Source: Acidobacteriota bacterium (GTDB lineage Bacteria > Acidobacteriota > UBA6911 > RPQK01 > JAJDTT01). From it: DNA of 64,000 bases. Shown in pieces: positions 1 to 7,859 of the stretch (position 1 is the first letter of the stretch; each line of letters begins with the position of its first letter). Made by a program: the position numbers and the translations under genes. The stretch is taken from contig OZ253580.1 of assembly GCA_965263035.1 (NCBI GenBank), positions 1,536,001 through 1,600,000 on the forward strand. The letters run 5' to 3'. The notes beneath the pieces are model-generated. The model was not told the DNA's origin and did no database searches. It saw only the letters and a program-made list of their open reading frames with translations.

Positions 1-598
1 CGGCGAGCTGGTGGGAGGGACCGCCATCCAGAGCCGCGCTTCCTTCGGCGGCAACCTCTGCAACTCCTCCCCGGCAGCCGACACCATTCCCGCTCTGATC
101 GCCCAGGAAGCCGTGTGCGTGATCGCCGGTCCCGGCGGCCGGCGCGAGGTCCCGGTGGAGAGCTTCTGCACCGCCCCGGGGCGCAACGTTCTGGGACGGG
201 GAGAGTTGCTGGCCTGCTTGCGGATCCCGACCCCGCGCCCCAACTCGGGAGCGCACTATCTCCGCTTCATCCCCCGAAACGAAATGGACATCGCCGTCGT
301 CGGGGCGGGGGCCGCAGTGGTGCTGAACGACGCCGGCGACACCTTCGTGTCCGGCCGCATCGGATTGGGCGCGGTGGCCCCAACCCCGCTGTTGGTGGAG
401 GAAGCCGGCGAAGTGTTGTCGGGAAGTCCGGTTTCGGACGCCGTCATCGACCAGGCGGCCGCGGCGGCCAGCCGCGCGGCCCGGCCCATCAGCGACATGC
501 GGGGAACCATCGAGCAGCGGAAACACCTGTCCGGCGTCCTGACGCGCAGGGCACTCGTGAAGGCCGTCGCCCGAGCCAGAGGAGAGTCAGATTCATGA
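1..598 (+). CDS. Xanthine dehydrogenase family FAD-binding (medium) subunit, 5'-partial
   Basis: AIQSRASFGGNLCNSSPAAD and PISDMRGT motifs of CoxM/XdhB; stop overlaps next start (ATGA 595-598). Confidence 0.9.
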   Translation, partial: GELVGGTAIQSRASFGGNLCNSSPAADTIPALIAQEAVCVIAGPGGRREVPVESFCTAPGRNVLGRGELLACLRIPTPRPNSGAHYLRFIPRNEMDIAVVGAGAAVVLNDAGDTFVSGRIGLGAVAPTPLLVEEAGEVLSGSPVSDAVIDQAAAAASRAARPISDMRGTIEQRKHLSGVLTRRALVKAVARARGESDS

Positions 599-1095
599 GC
601 GTCACAGCCGCCTACCGGAAGCTACACATTCAGACCCGGATCAACAACGAAGACACCGAGTTCCTGTGCGAGCCGCGCCACAGCCTGCTGGAGGTGCTCC
701 GCGACATTCTCCAGCTGACCGGCAGCAAGGAAGGGTGCAACAACGGCAACTGCGGCGCCTGCTGCGTCATCCTGAACGGGCGCCTCGTCAACTCCTGCGT
801 GGTGATGGCCGGCGAGGTTCAGAGCGCCGAGATCACCACCATCGAGGGGTTGGCGTCGGAATCGGGCGAACTGCACCCCTTGCAGCAGAAGTTCCTCGAA
901 CACGCCGCCCTCCAGTGCGGCGTCTGCACGCCCGGTTTCATTGTCGCCGCCAAGGCCCTGCTGGACCGGAATCCCGATCCTTCCGAACACGACGTGCGCC
1001 TCTGGCTGGCGGGAAATCTCTGCCGCTGCACAGGCTACGACAAGATCATTCGAGCCGTGTTGGACACTGCCGGGCAGACCAACGGCAACGGCTAA
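595..1095 (+). CDS. (2Fe-2S)-binding small subunit (CoxS/XdhC-like)
   Basis: GCNNGNCGAC, QCGVC and NLCRCTGY cluster motifs; ATG 595. Confidence 0.93.
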   Translation: MSVTAAYRKLHIQTRINNEDTEFLCEPRHSLLEVLRDILQLTGSKEGCNNGNCGACCVILNGRLVNSCVVMAGEVQSAEITTIEGLASESGELHPLQQKFLEHAALQCGVCTPGFIVAAKALLDRNPDPSEHDVRLWLAGNLCRCTGYDKIIRAVLDTAGQTNGNG

Positions 1096-1114
1096 CCTAG
1101 GGGAGTCAAGACTG

Positions 1115-3412
1115 ATGGCTACAGCATCCAAGACCGCACCCGAAACCCAATCCCAGTACAAGGTCATCGGCACCCGTCCCATCCGCCACGACGGAGTGGA
1201 CAAGGTCACCGGAAGGGCCCAATACGGCGCCGACGTGTATCTGACGGGCATGCTGCACGGCAACGTTCTGCGCAGCCCTCATGCCCACGCCAGGATCCGT
1301 TCCATCGATGCCAGCAAGGCGCTGGCCCTACCCGGCGTGAAGGCGGTGGTCACCGGTCGGGACCTGCCCGACCCGGGAGACAAGGTCGCCAACCTGGGGG
1401 AGGCGTCGTCGCCCCTGCGCCACCTTTCCCTCAACGTGCTGGCCCGGAACAAGGTCCTTTACCAGGGACACGCCGTCGCCGCCGTGGCGGCCACCAACCC
1501 GCATCTGGCTGAGGAAGCCGCGGGCCTGATCGAGGTGGACTACGAGCTTCTTCCCCCGGTGATGGACGTCATGGAGGCCATGCAGGACGGGGCGCCGCTG
1601 CTGGACGAGAGCCTCCGCACCAAGGCCTTCGGGGCCACCGGGGACAAGCCGACCAACGTCGCCGATCATATCCACTTCAAGTTGGGCGACGTGGAGAAGG
1701 GGTTCGCCGAAGCGGACGTCGTGGTGGAAAGAGAATTCACCACGGGAACCGTCCACCAGGGATACATCGAGCCCCACAATTGTACGGCCTTCTGGAATTC
1801 CGACGGCCACCTCACCATCTGGCTCAGCACCCAGGGCGCCTTTACCAGCCGGGCCCAGACCTCCGAGATCCTGGGTATCCCCATTTCGCAGGTCAAGGTG
1901 GTGCCCACCGAGATCGGGGGCGGCTTCGGGGGGAAGATCGCCACTTACCTGGAGCCGGCGGCGGCTCTACTGTCCAAGGCCACCGGCCGCCCGGTGAAGA
2001 TCCTCATGACTCGGGAGGACGTCCTGAAAGCGACCGGTCCGACGCCGGCTTCGTTCATGCGGGTCAAGATGGGCGCCAAGAAGGATGGGACTCTCACCGC
2101 CGGTAGCTTCTGGGCCGCGTTCGACGCCGGCGGTTTTCCGGGATCGCCCATCGGCGCCGCCTGCATGTGCGTGTTCGCTCCCTACAACCTTCCCAACGGG
2201 GTCATCGACGGCTTCGACGTGCTGGTCAACAAGCCCAAGTCGTCCGCCTATCGGGCTCCCGGGGCGACCCACGCCGAATTCGCCTCCGAGACGGTGGTGG
2301 ACGAGATCTGTGAAAAGCTGGGCATGGATCCCATAGAATTCCGCATCAAGAATGCCGCCCGCGAAGGAGGCCGGAGAGTCGACGGGCCCGTCTGGCCGCG
2401 GATCGGATGCGTGGAAACGACCGAGGCCGCCGGCGCACATCCGCACTATACGGCCCCCCTCGAGGGACCCAACCGGGGCCGTGGCGTGGCCAGCGGCTTC
2501 TGGTTCAACGTGGGACTCAAATCCAGCGTCCACGCCAGCGTGAACCCGGACGGACGGGTGAGCCTGGTCGAGGGCTCCACAGACATCGGGGGCACCCGGA
2601 CCTCGGTGGCCATGCAGATGGCTGAGGTCCTGGGCATTCCAGCGGAGAGCGTTCGGCCCATCGTGGCGGACACGGATGGCGTCGGTTACACGGACGTGAC
2701 CGGAGGCAGTCGAGTCACCTTCTCCACCGGCTATGCCGCGTACGAGGCGGCCCGGGACATCCAGCATCAGATGGTCGAGCGCGCGGCTGTCCTCTGGGAA
2801 ATTTCAGGGGATCAGGTCGAGGCTCGCGACGGGGACTACGTGGCCACCGACGGTTCGGGCAGGAGTATTTCCTTCGCCGAGTTGGCCGCCAAGATGGACG
2901 AGACCGGCGGACCCATCGTGGGCCGGGCCACGGTCGACCCCAAGGGCGTCGGCGGCGCCTTCTGTACCCAGATTGCCGACGTGGAAGTGGACCCGGACAC
3001 GGGAAAGGTCGAAATTCTCCGCTTCACGGTCGTCCAGGACGCAGGCCGGGCCATCCACCCCTCCTATGTGGAGGGTCAGATGCAGGGCGGAGCCGTCCAG
3101 GGCATCGGTTGGGCGCTGAACGAAGAGTACGTCTACAACGACAAGGGTCAGCTCCTGAACGGCAGTTTTCTGGACTACCGGATGCCGACGAGCCTGGACC
3201 TCCCCATGATCGACACCAAGATCGTGGAAGTGCCGAATCCGGGACATCCCTTCGGAGTCCGGGGAGTCGGAGAGGTCCCCATCGTGCCCCCTCCCGCCGC
3301 CATCGCCAATGCGATCTATCAGGCAACGGGATTGAGGCTCACGGACTTGCCCATGAGCCCACCCAGGGTATTGAAGGCGATTCTGGAGCAGAACGGAAAC
3401 GGGTCGGGTTGA
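1115..3412 (+). CDS. Xanthine dehydrogenase family molybdopterin-binding large subunit
   Basis: DKVTGRAQY, IGGGFGGK, EGQMQGG and RGVGE motifs; ATG 1115 after GGGAG. Confidence 0.93.
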   Translation: MATASKTAPETQSQYKVIGTRPIRHDGVDKVTGRAQYGADVYLTGMLHGNVLRSPHAHARIRSIDASKALALPGVKAVVTGRDLPDPGDKVANLGEASSPLRHLSLNVLARNKVLYQGHAVAAVAATNPHLAEEAAGLIEVDYELLPPVMDVMEAMQDGAPLLDESLRTKAFGATGDKPTNVADHIHFKLGDVEKGFAEADVVVEREFTTGTVHQGYIEPHNCTAFWNSDGHLTIWLSTQGAFTSRAQTSEILGIPISQVKVVPTEIGGGFGGKIATYLEPAAALLSKATGRPVKILMTREDVLKATGPTPASFMRVKMGAKKDGTLTAGSFWAAFDAGGFPGSPIGAACMCVFAPYNLPNGVIDGFDVLVNKPKSSAYRAPGATHAEFASETVVDEICEKLGMDPIEFRIKNAAREGGRRVDGPVWPRIGCVETTEAAGAHPHYTAPLEGPNRGRGVASGFWFNVGLKSSVHASVNPDGRVSLVEGSTDIGGTRTSVAMQMAEVLGIPAESVRPIVADTDGVGYTDVTGGSRVTFSTGYAAYEAARDIQHQMVERAAVLWEISGDQVEARDGDYVATDGSGRSISFAELAAKMDETGGPIVGRATVDPKGVGGAFCTQIADVEVDPDTGKVEILRFTVVQDAGRAIHPSYVEGQMQGGAVQGIGWALNEEYVYNDKGQLLNGSFLDYRMPTSLDLPMIDTKIVEVPNPGHPFGVRGVGEVPIVPPPAAIANAIYQATGLRLTDLPMSPPRVLKAILEQNGNGSG

Positions 3413-3453
3413 ACCGCCACCCGGCTCCGAGCCGAGGTTCGCACGAGAATTCC

Positions 3454-3732
3454 ATGCCGACAGCCTGGATTCCCCCACCGATGCAAGAGCTCACGGATGG
3501 ACGGGAGCAGGTCGACGTTCGTGGACGGACCGTGCGAGAACTCATCGATCAGTTGGATCAAGAGTACCCTGGAATCCGGGACCGTCTCCGCGAGGGCAAT
3601 CGACTGCGCAGCGGCGTCGCGGTTTCGGTCGACGGTGTGATTTCGCCCGAAGGTCTGCGGGCCCGCCTGGAGTCCGGCAGCGAAGTCCATTTTCTGCCGG
3701 CCATCGCCGGAGGAGGCCGGAGGCGGAAGTAG
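3454..3732 (+). CDS. MoaD/ThiS family sulfur carrier
   Basis: ~92 aa beta-grasp pattern ending EVHFLPAIAGG-GRRRK. Confidence 0.8.
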   Translation: MPTAWIPPPMQELTDGREQVDVRGRTVRELIDQLDQEYPGIRDRLREGNRLRSGVAVSVDGVISPEGLRARLESGSEVHFLPAIAGGGRRRK

Positions 3733-3736
3733 CGCC

Positions 3737-4084
3737 ATGGGAATGAGGGTTCTGAGCCGCGTGATGCTCATCCTCTATTGCGCCGCCACCCTCCTTCAAT
3801 ACAACGATCCGGACCTCTATATCTGGATGCCCGTCTACGGCTTGGCTGCGCTCTGGTCCTGGATGTCCTGGACGGGGAGGAGACTGCCCGAACCCTGGGT
3901 GGAGTTCTTTGCATTGGCGTGCCTGCTGGCGGCGTTCTACTTGGGGACGGCGCTCCCGGAGGGGACATTGAACTATCGTCGGGAGGAACTCAGTGAGTCG
4001 GGTGGCCTCCTGGTCACTGCCGTCTGGTCCCTGGTGCTCGCCCGGCGCCAGCGCATGGCGGAAAAACAACGGGCGGCCTCGTGA
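3737..4084 (+). CDS. TMEM220 family membrane protein
   Basis: QYNDPD..W...Y motif, 4 hydrophobic segments. Confidence 0.7.
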   Translation: MGMRVLSRVMLILYCAATLLQYNDPDLYIWMPVYGLAALWSWMSWTGRRLPEPWVEFFALACLLAAFYLGTALPEGTLNYRREELSESGGLLVTAVWSLVLARRQRMAEKQRAAS

Positions 4085-4094
4085 GGCTGGCAAC

Positions 4095-4403
4095 ATGAAT
4101 CTTCCAGAAGCGGCGGTCTTCATCTATGGAGCCCTGGTGACCCTGGGAGGGCTGATGGGTTACCGGAAGGCCCGCAGCATCCCTTCCCTAGTGCTGGGCC
4201 TTCTCTTCGGAGTGGCTCTCATTCTCTCGGCACTGTTTGCCGGCGCCGAAGGCGGGGTCCCGGCAGACCTGCCGCTGTGGCTGGTTCTGGGACTGACGGT
4301 ATTGTCCCTCTACCGCCTCAATGTGACTCGACGCTTCATGCCGGCCGGACTTCTGGTCCTCCTCGGCGCCATCGTCGCCGTCATCCTGTTGACAGCCAGG
4401 TAA
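4095..4403 (+). CDS. TMEM14 family membrane protein
   Basis: GGLMGY.KA.S.PSL and R.F.MPAG motifs. Confidence 0.75.
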   Translation: MNLPEAAVFIYGALVTLGGLMGYRKARSIPSLVLGLLFGVALILSALFAGAEGGVPADLPLWLVLGLTVLSLYRLNVTRRFMPAGLLVLLGAIVAVILLTAR

Positions 4404-4412
4404 CTGCCTTGA

Positions 4413-4570
4413 CAGCCCGTGGTAAAAGTCCTCACGGCATTCAACCGTCCCTGCATCCCGGCGGACTGCGTTGCGACTCGGTCACATACTCCCGGTATGC
4501 TCCCTCATCGCGCCTGGTCCGGCGGGCGCAGGAACGGTCTCGGTGCTCGCGGGACTTTCACCACGGACTG
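4413..4570 (+). mobile_element. MITE-like element, copy 1
   Basis: 19-bp imperfect terminal inverted repeats CAG(C/T)CCGTGGT(A/G)AAAGTCC; TTGA on both flanks; homologous to 6856-7016 and 20258-20418. Confidence 0.8.
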
Positions 4571-4593
4571 TTGAGCAACCGGATCGTGTGACC

Positions 4594-5469
4594 ATGATGA
4601 AATCCCTGCCTCTGATCCTCCTGCTGGTCCTCGGACCCGCTCCTTCCCAGATCGAGACCCGGGTCTTGAACGCCATCCAGGGCATGCTTCGCCAAGGAAC
4701 CGGAGTCAGCTTCTCCGAGCTTCAGAACGACCCCCACTTCGGCAAAGAGGAGAAGGAGTTCATTGGGAGGCTCTTCGAGACCCTGTTCCGCATCCCCGCC
4801 TTCGTCGAGAGCGAGCTGGAGCGGACGGGCCACCCCCCCAAGCGGGCGCAGATCGGAGAACGGTTCGGCGTCGGCGTACAATCCATCGAGCTGTTGCTGA
4901 CCGTCATGGAAATCGACCGCCGTGTGCCCAGAATGTTCGACCGGGACCAGACCGGAGAGATCACCAGGGTCCACCGTCAGGGCTTGGCGGCCTTCCTCCA
5001 GCGTCACGGTAACCCGGTCCGCGTCACGGGTTGGGAAGGAAAGCCCGCACCCGGATTCGACTTGCTGACCCTGGAGGGAAAGAGGCTGTCCAGCGGGAGC
5101 TTGAGAGGGTCCAACGTCCTCCTCTATTTCTGGTTCACCGGCTGCCCGCCGTGCGCCCGAATCTCTCCCATCCTGGAGTCCCTCCACCAGCGGTACGGGA
5201 AGGATCGACTTCGGGTAGTGGGTCTGAACGCCGACCGGGTCCTGGAATTGACGGTCGACGACCAGGAACGGATCGAATATCTGAAGCAGCACGGGGTCTC
5301 CTTTCCCAACCTCCATCTGACCCCGGCGGCCCACAAGACCTTCGGAAACATCAACGTCTTCCCCACACTCTTTCTGTTGGACTCCTCCGGGACGGTGGTC
5401 CGGCGTCTGCTCAACTACCAGAGTCAGGAGACCATGGACCAAGTGGTCTCCGAACTGGTGGGACCCTGA
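4594..5469 (+). CDS. Secreted TlpA/thioredoxin-like protein with extra N-terminal domain
   Basis: Signal peptide; FWFTGCPPC active site; FPT cis-Pro loop. Confidence 0.8.
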   Translation: MMKSLPLILLLVLGPAPSQIETRVLNAIQGMLRQGTGVSFSELQNDPHFGKEEKEFIGRLFETLFRIPAFVESELERTGHPPKRAQIGERFGVGVQSIELLLTVMEIDRRVPRMFDRDQTGEITRVHRQGLAAFLQRHGNPVRVTGWEGKPAPGFDLLTLEGKRLSSGSLRGSNVLLYFWFTGCPPCARISPILESLHQRYGKDRLRVVGLNADRVLELTVDDQERIEYLKQHGVSFPNLHLTPAAHKTFGNINVFPTLFLLDSSGTVVRRLLNYQSQETMDQVVSELVGP

Positions 5470-5530
5470 TGCCGGCCGGCAAACGTCGCAGGCGGCCCGC
5501 CCCGGCGACCCCGGCTGCGGCAAGCTTGGA

Positions 5531-6844
5531 ATGAAGCTCTTTCGGGAAATCGGCCTCGCTTCCGCCATGTTCCTGGTGGTGGGGAACATGGTCGGGACCG
5601 GAATCTTCACCACCTCCGGACTCATCGCCCAGGAAATCGGGAATTCTCCGTGGCTTGTCGGAATCTGGCTGGCCGGCGGCCTGCTGTCCCTTACCGGTGC
5701 CCTCTGCTACGCCCAGTTGGGGGCCCGGACTCCCAGAGCCGGCGGAGAATTCGCATTCCTCTACCCGATCTACGGTCCCCTGGTCGCATTTCTCTCCGGC
5801 TGGGCTTCCCTGATCATCGGATTCTCGGGGCCCGTGGCCGCAGCGTCGCTGGGACTCGCCATCTATCTGGAACCCTACCTGCCCCTCGCATCCGGCGCTC
5901 TGGGAAACCAGGCGGTGGCGACCCTGGTTCTCCTGGCGGTCACCACTCTTCTCTCCCTGGGGCTCAAGTTCGGAACCCGTCTCCATTCCACGGTGACCCT
6001 CCTGAATCTGGGACTGCTCGCCGGGTTCACCTGCCTGGTGCTGTTCAACACCCGGAAGACCGGCGTCCTCCACGAGTTGAATCCGGCCGGCGCCTGGGAC
6101 TTGGCGACGCTGGTCCCCGTGGCCTCGGCACTGGTCCTGGTCATGTTCTCCTACAGCGGCTGGAACGCAGCGGCCTACATCGCCGAAGAGATTCGGGATC
6201 CGGCCCGCAACCTCCCCAGGTCCCTGTTGCTGGGGACGGCGCTGGTCACCATCCTCTACGTCGGTGTCAATCTGGCCTACCTGACGGCTCTTCCCCTGGC
6301 CCGGTTGCGGGGAGAGCTGGCCGTCGCCCAGTTGGCGGCTTCGGCGGTGTTGCCGTCCGGTGAATGGCTCGTGACTTTACTGATTCTGGTCTCGATCCTG
6401 AGTTCCGTCACCGCCATGTCCATCGCGGGTCCCCGAATCTACTTCGCCATGTCCCGGCAACGCCTGTTTCCCTCCTGGTTGGGGGAAGTGCACCTGCAAA
6501 AGAAAATCCCCCTGAAGGCCATCTGGTTCCAGAGCGGCATCGCCCTGGCCCTGGTCTGGATGGGGACCTTGAGGCAGATCCTGCTGTTTTCGGGATTCGT
6601 GATCATACTCTTTTCGGCAGTGACGGTCTCGGCGCTGCTGCGAACGTCTCTCGACCCCGGCTCGAGCCGCGGGGCCTGGATCTTGCAGCGGGTTCTGCCC
6701 TGGATCTTCGTCTTGACGAGTCTCGCAATCCTGGCGAGCGTCGCATTCTCCCATCCCGGGGAGTCCCTGGCCGGCGTGGCCACGGTCTGTGCCGGGCTGC
6801 CCGTCTACTACTATTATCGGAAGCGCCTGGGACCGGCGCCGTGA
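5531..6844 (+). CDS. APC family amino acid permease
   Basis: VGTGIF, AGGEF and FSYSGWN...EE motifs; ~12 TM segments. Confidence 0.9.
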   Translation: MKLFREIGLASAMFLVVGNMVGTGIFTTSGLIAQEIGNSPWLVGIWLAGGLLSLTGALCYAQLGARTPRAGGEFAFLYPIYGPLVAFLSGWASLIIGFSGPVAAASLGLAIYLEPYLPLASGALGNQAVATLVLLAVTTLLSLGLKFGTRLHSTVTLLNLGLLAGFTCLVLFNTRKTGVLHELNPAGAWDLATLVPVASALVLVMFSYSGWNAAAYIAEEIRDPARNLPRSLLLGTALVTILYVGVNLAYLTALPLARLRGELAVAQLAASAVLPSGEWLVTLLILVSILSSVTAMSIAGPRIYFAMSRQRLFPSWLGEVHLQKKIPLKAIWFQSGIALALVWMGTLRQILLFSGFVIILFSAVTVSALLRTSLDPGSSRGAWILQRVLPWIFVLTSLAILASVAFSHPGESLAGVATVCAGLPVYYYYRKRLGPAP

Positions 6845-6855
6845 CCGGTGGTTGA

Positions 6856-7016
6856 CAGCCCGTGGCAAAAGTCGTCGCGGCATTCGACCGGGTCTGCATC
6901 GTGCGCGGACTGCGTTTCGCCTCGGTCACATTTGGTCGAATATGCTCCCTCACCGCGCCTTGTCCGGCGGGCGCAGCCCCGGTCTCGGTGCTACGCGGGA
7001 CTCTCACCACGGACTG
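6856..7016 (+). mobile_element. MITE-like element, copy 2
   Basis: 161 bp, same TIRs; lies between convergent stops of the permease and pcm. Confidence 0.8.
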
Positions 7017-7802
7017 TTATTCCTGGATCTTCCCGGTCATGGGGACGAAACGGACGGCGAGCACGTTCTGGCGCCGGATCTTGCCCTCCTCCTTGGTCAA
7101 CAGGAGGAGCTTCTGGACCCGTCCCGGATCACCCACGGGAATGACGAGGCGGCCTCCTTCGGCCAGTTGCTCCTGCAGGGGCTCGGGAATCCGGCCGGCC
7201 GCGGCGGTCACCAGGATGACGTCGAAAGGAGCCGCCTCGGGCCATCCCAGATAGCCGTCCCCCGCCCGGGCGAAAACGTTCTCGTAGCCGAGACGCTTCA
7301 GCAAGGCCGCCGACCGGCCGGCCAGTTCGGGGACGATCTCCATGGTGTAGACCTGATCCACCAGCTCCGCCAGGACCGCCGCCTGGTAGCCGGACCCGGT
7401 TCCGATTTCCAGAGCCCGCGCGTCCTTCCTCGGATCCGCCAGTTGGGTCATGAGAGCGACGATGTAAGGCTGGGAAATAGTCTGTCCCAGGCCGATGGGC
7501 AGCGGGTGATCCTCGTACGCGAGATGCTTCACGGACGGGGGAACGAACTCGTGCCGGGGAACCTTGCCCATGGCCTCGAGGACCCTGCGGTCCCAGATGT
7601 CTCGCGAACCGAGCTGGGACGCCACCATCTCCCGGCGCAGCCGGGGATAGTCGGCCGCCGCGGAGGCGGAATCCCCGGAGTCCCGGGACCCGCAGGAAGC
7701 GGCCAGCGGGAACAGAAGGACCATCAGCACCAGCAGGGTCCCCCCGGCCGGAGACCGGAAACCGAAGCTGGCCCGATCACCGCTGCCACTCGATCCAGGC
7801 AT
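7017..7802 (-). CDS. pcm: Protein-L-isoaspartate O-methyltransferase
   Basis: VPRHEFV, GQTISQPYIVA, LEIGTGSGYQAA and VRFVPM motifs; lipoprotein-like N-terminus. Confidence 0.93.
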   Translation of the reverse strand: MPGSSGSGDRASFGFRSPAGGTLLVLMVLLFPLAASCGSRDSGDSASAAADYPRLRREMVASQLGSRDIWDRRVLEAMGKVPRHEFVPPSVKHLAYEDHPLPIGLGQTISQPYIVALMTQLADPRKDARALEIGTGSGYQAAVLAELVDQVYTMEIVPELAGRSAALLKRLGYENVFARAGDGYLGWPEAAPFDVILVTAAAGRIPEPLQEQLAEGGRLVIPVGDPGRVQKLLLLTKEEGKIRRQNVLAVRFVPMTGKIQE

Positions 7803-7859
7803 GGGTTTCTCCGATGAATTCGCCGGGCCGCCGCCCGGTGCGGAAGGCCCTCTTTCCTC

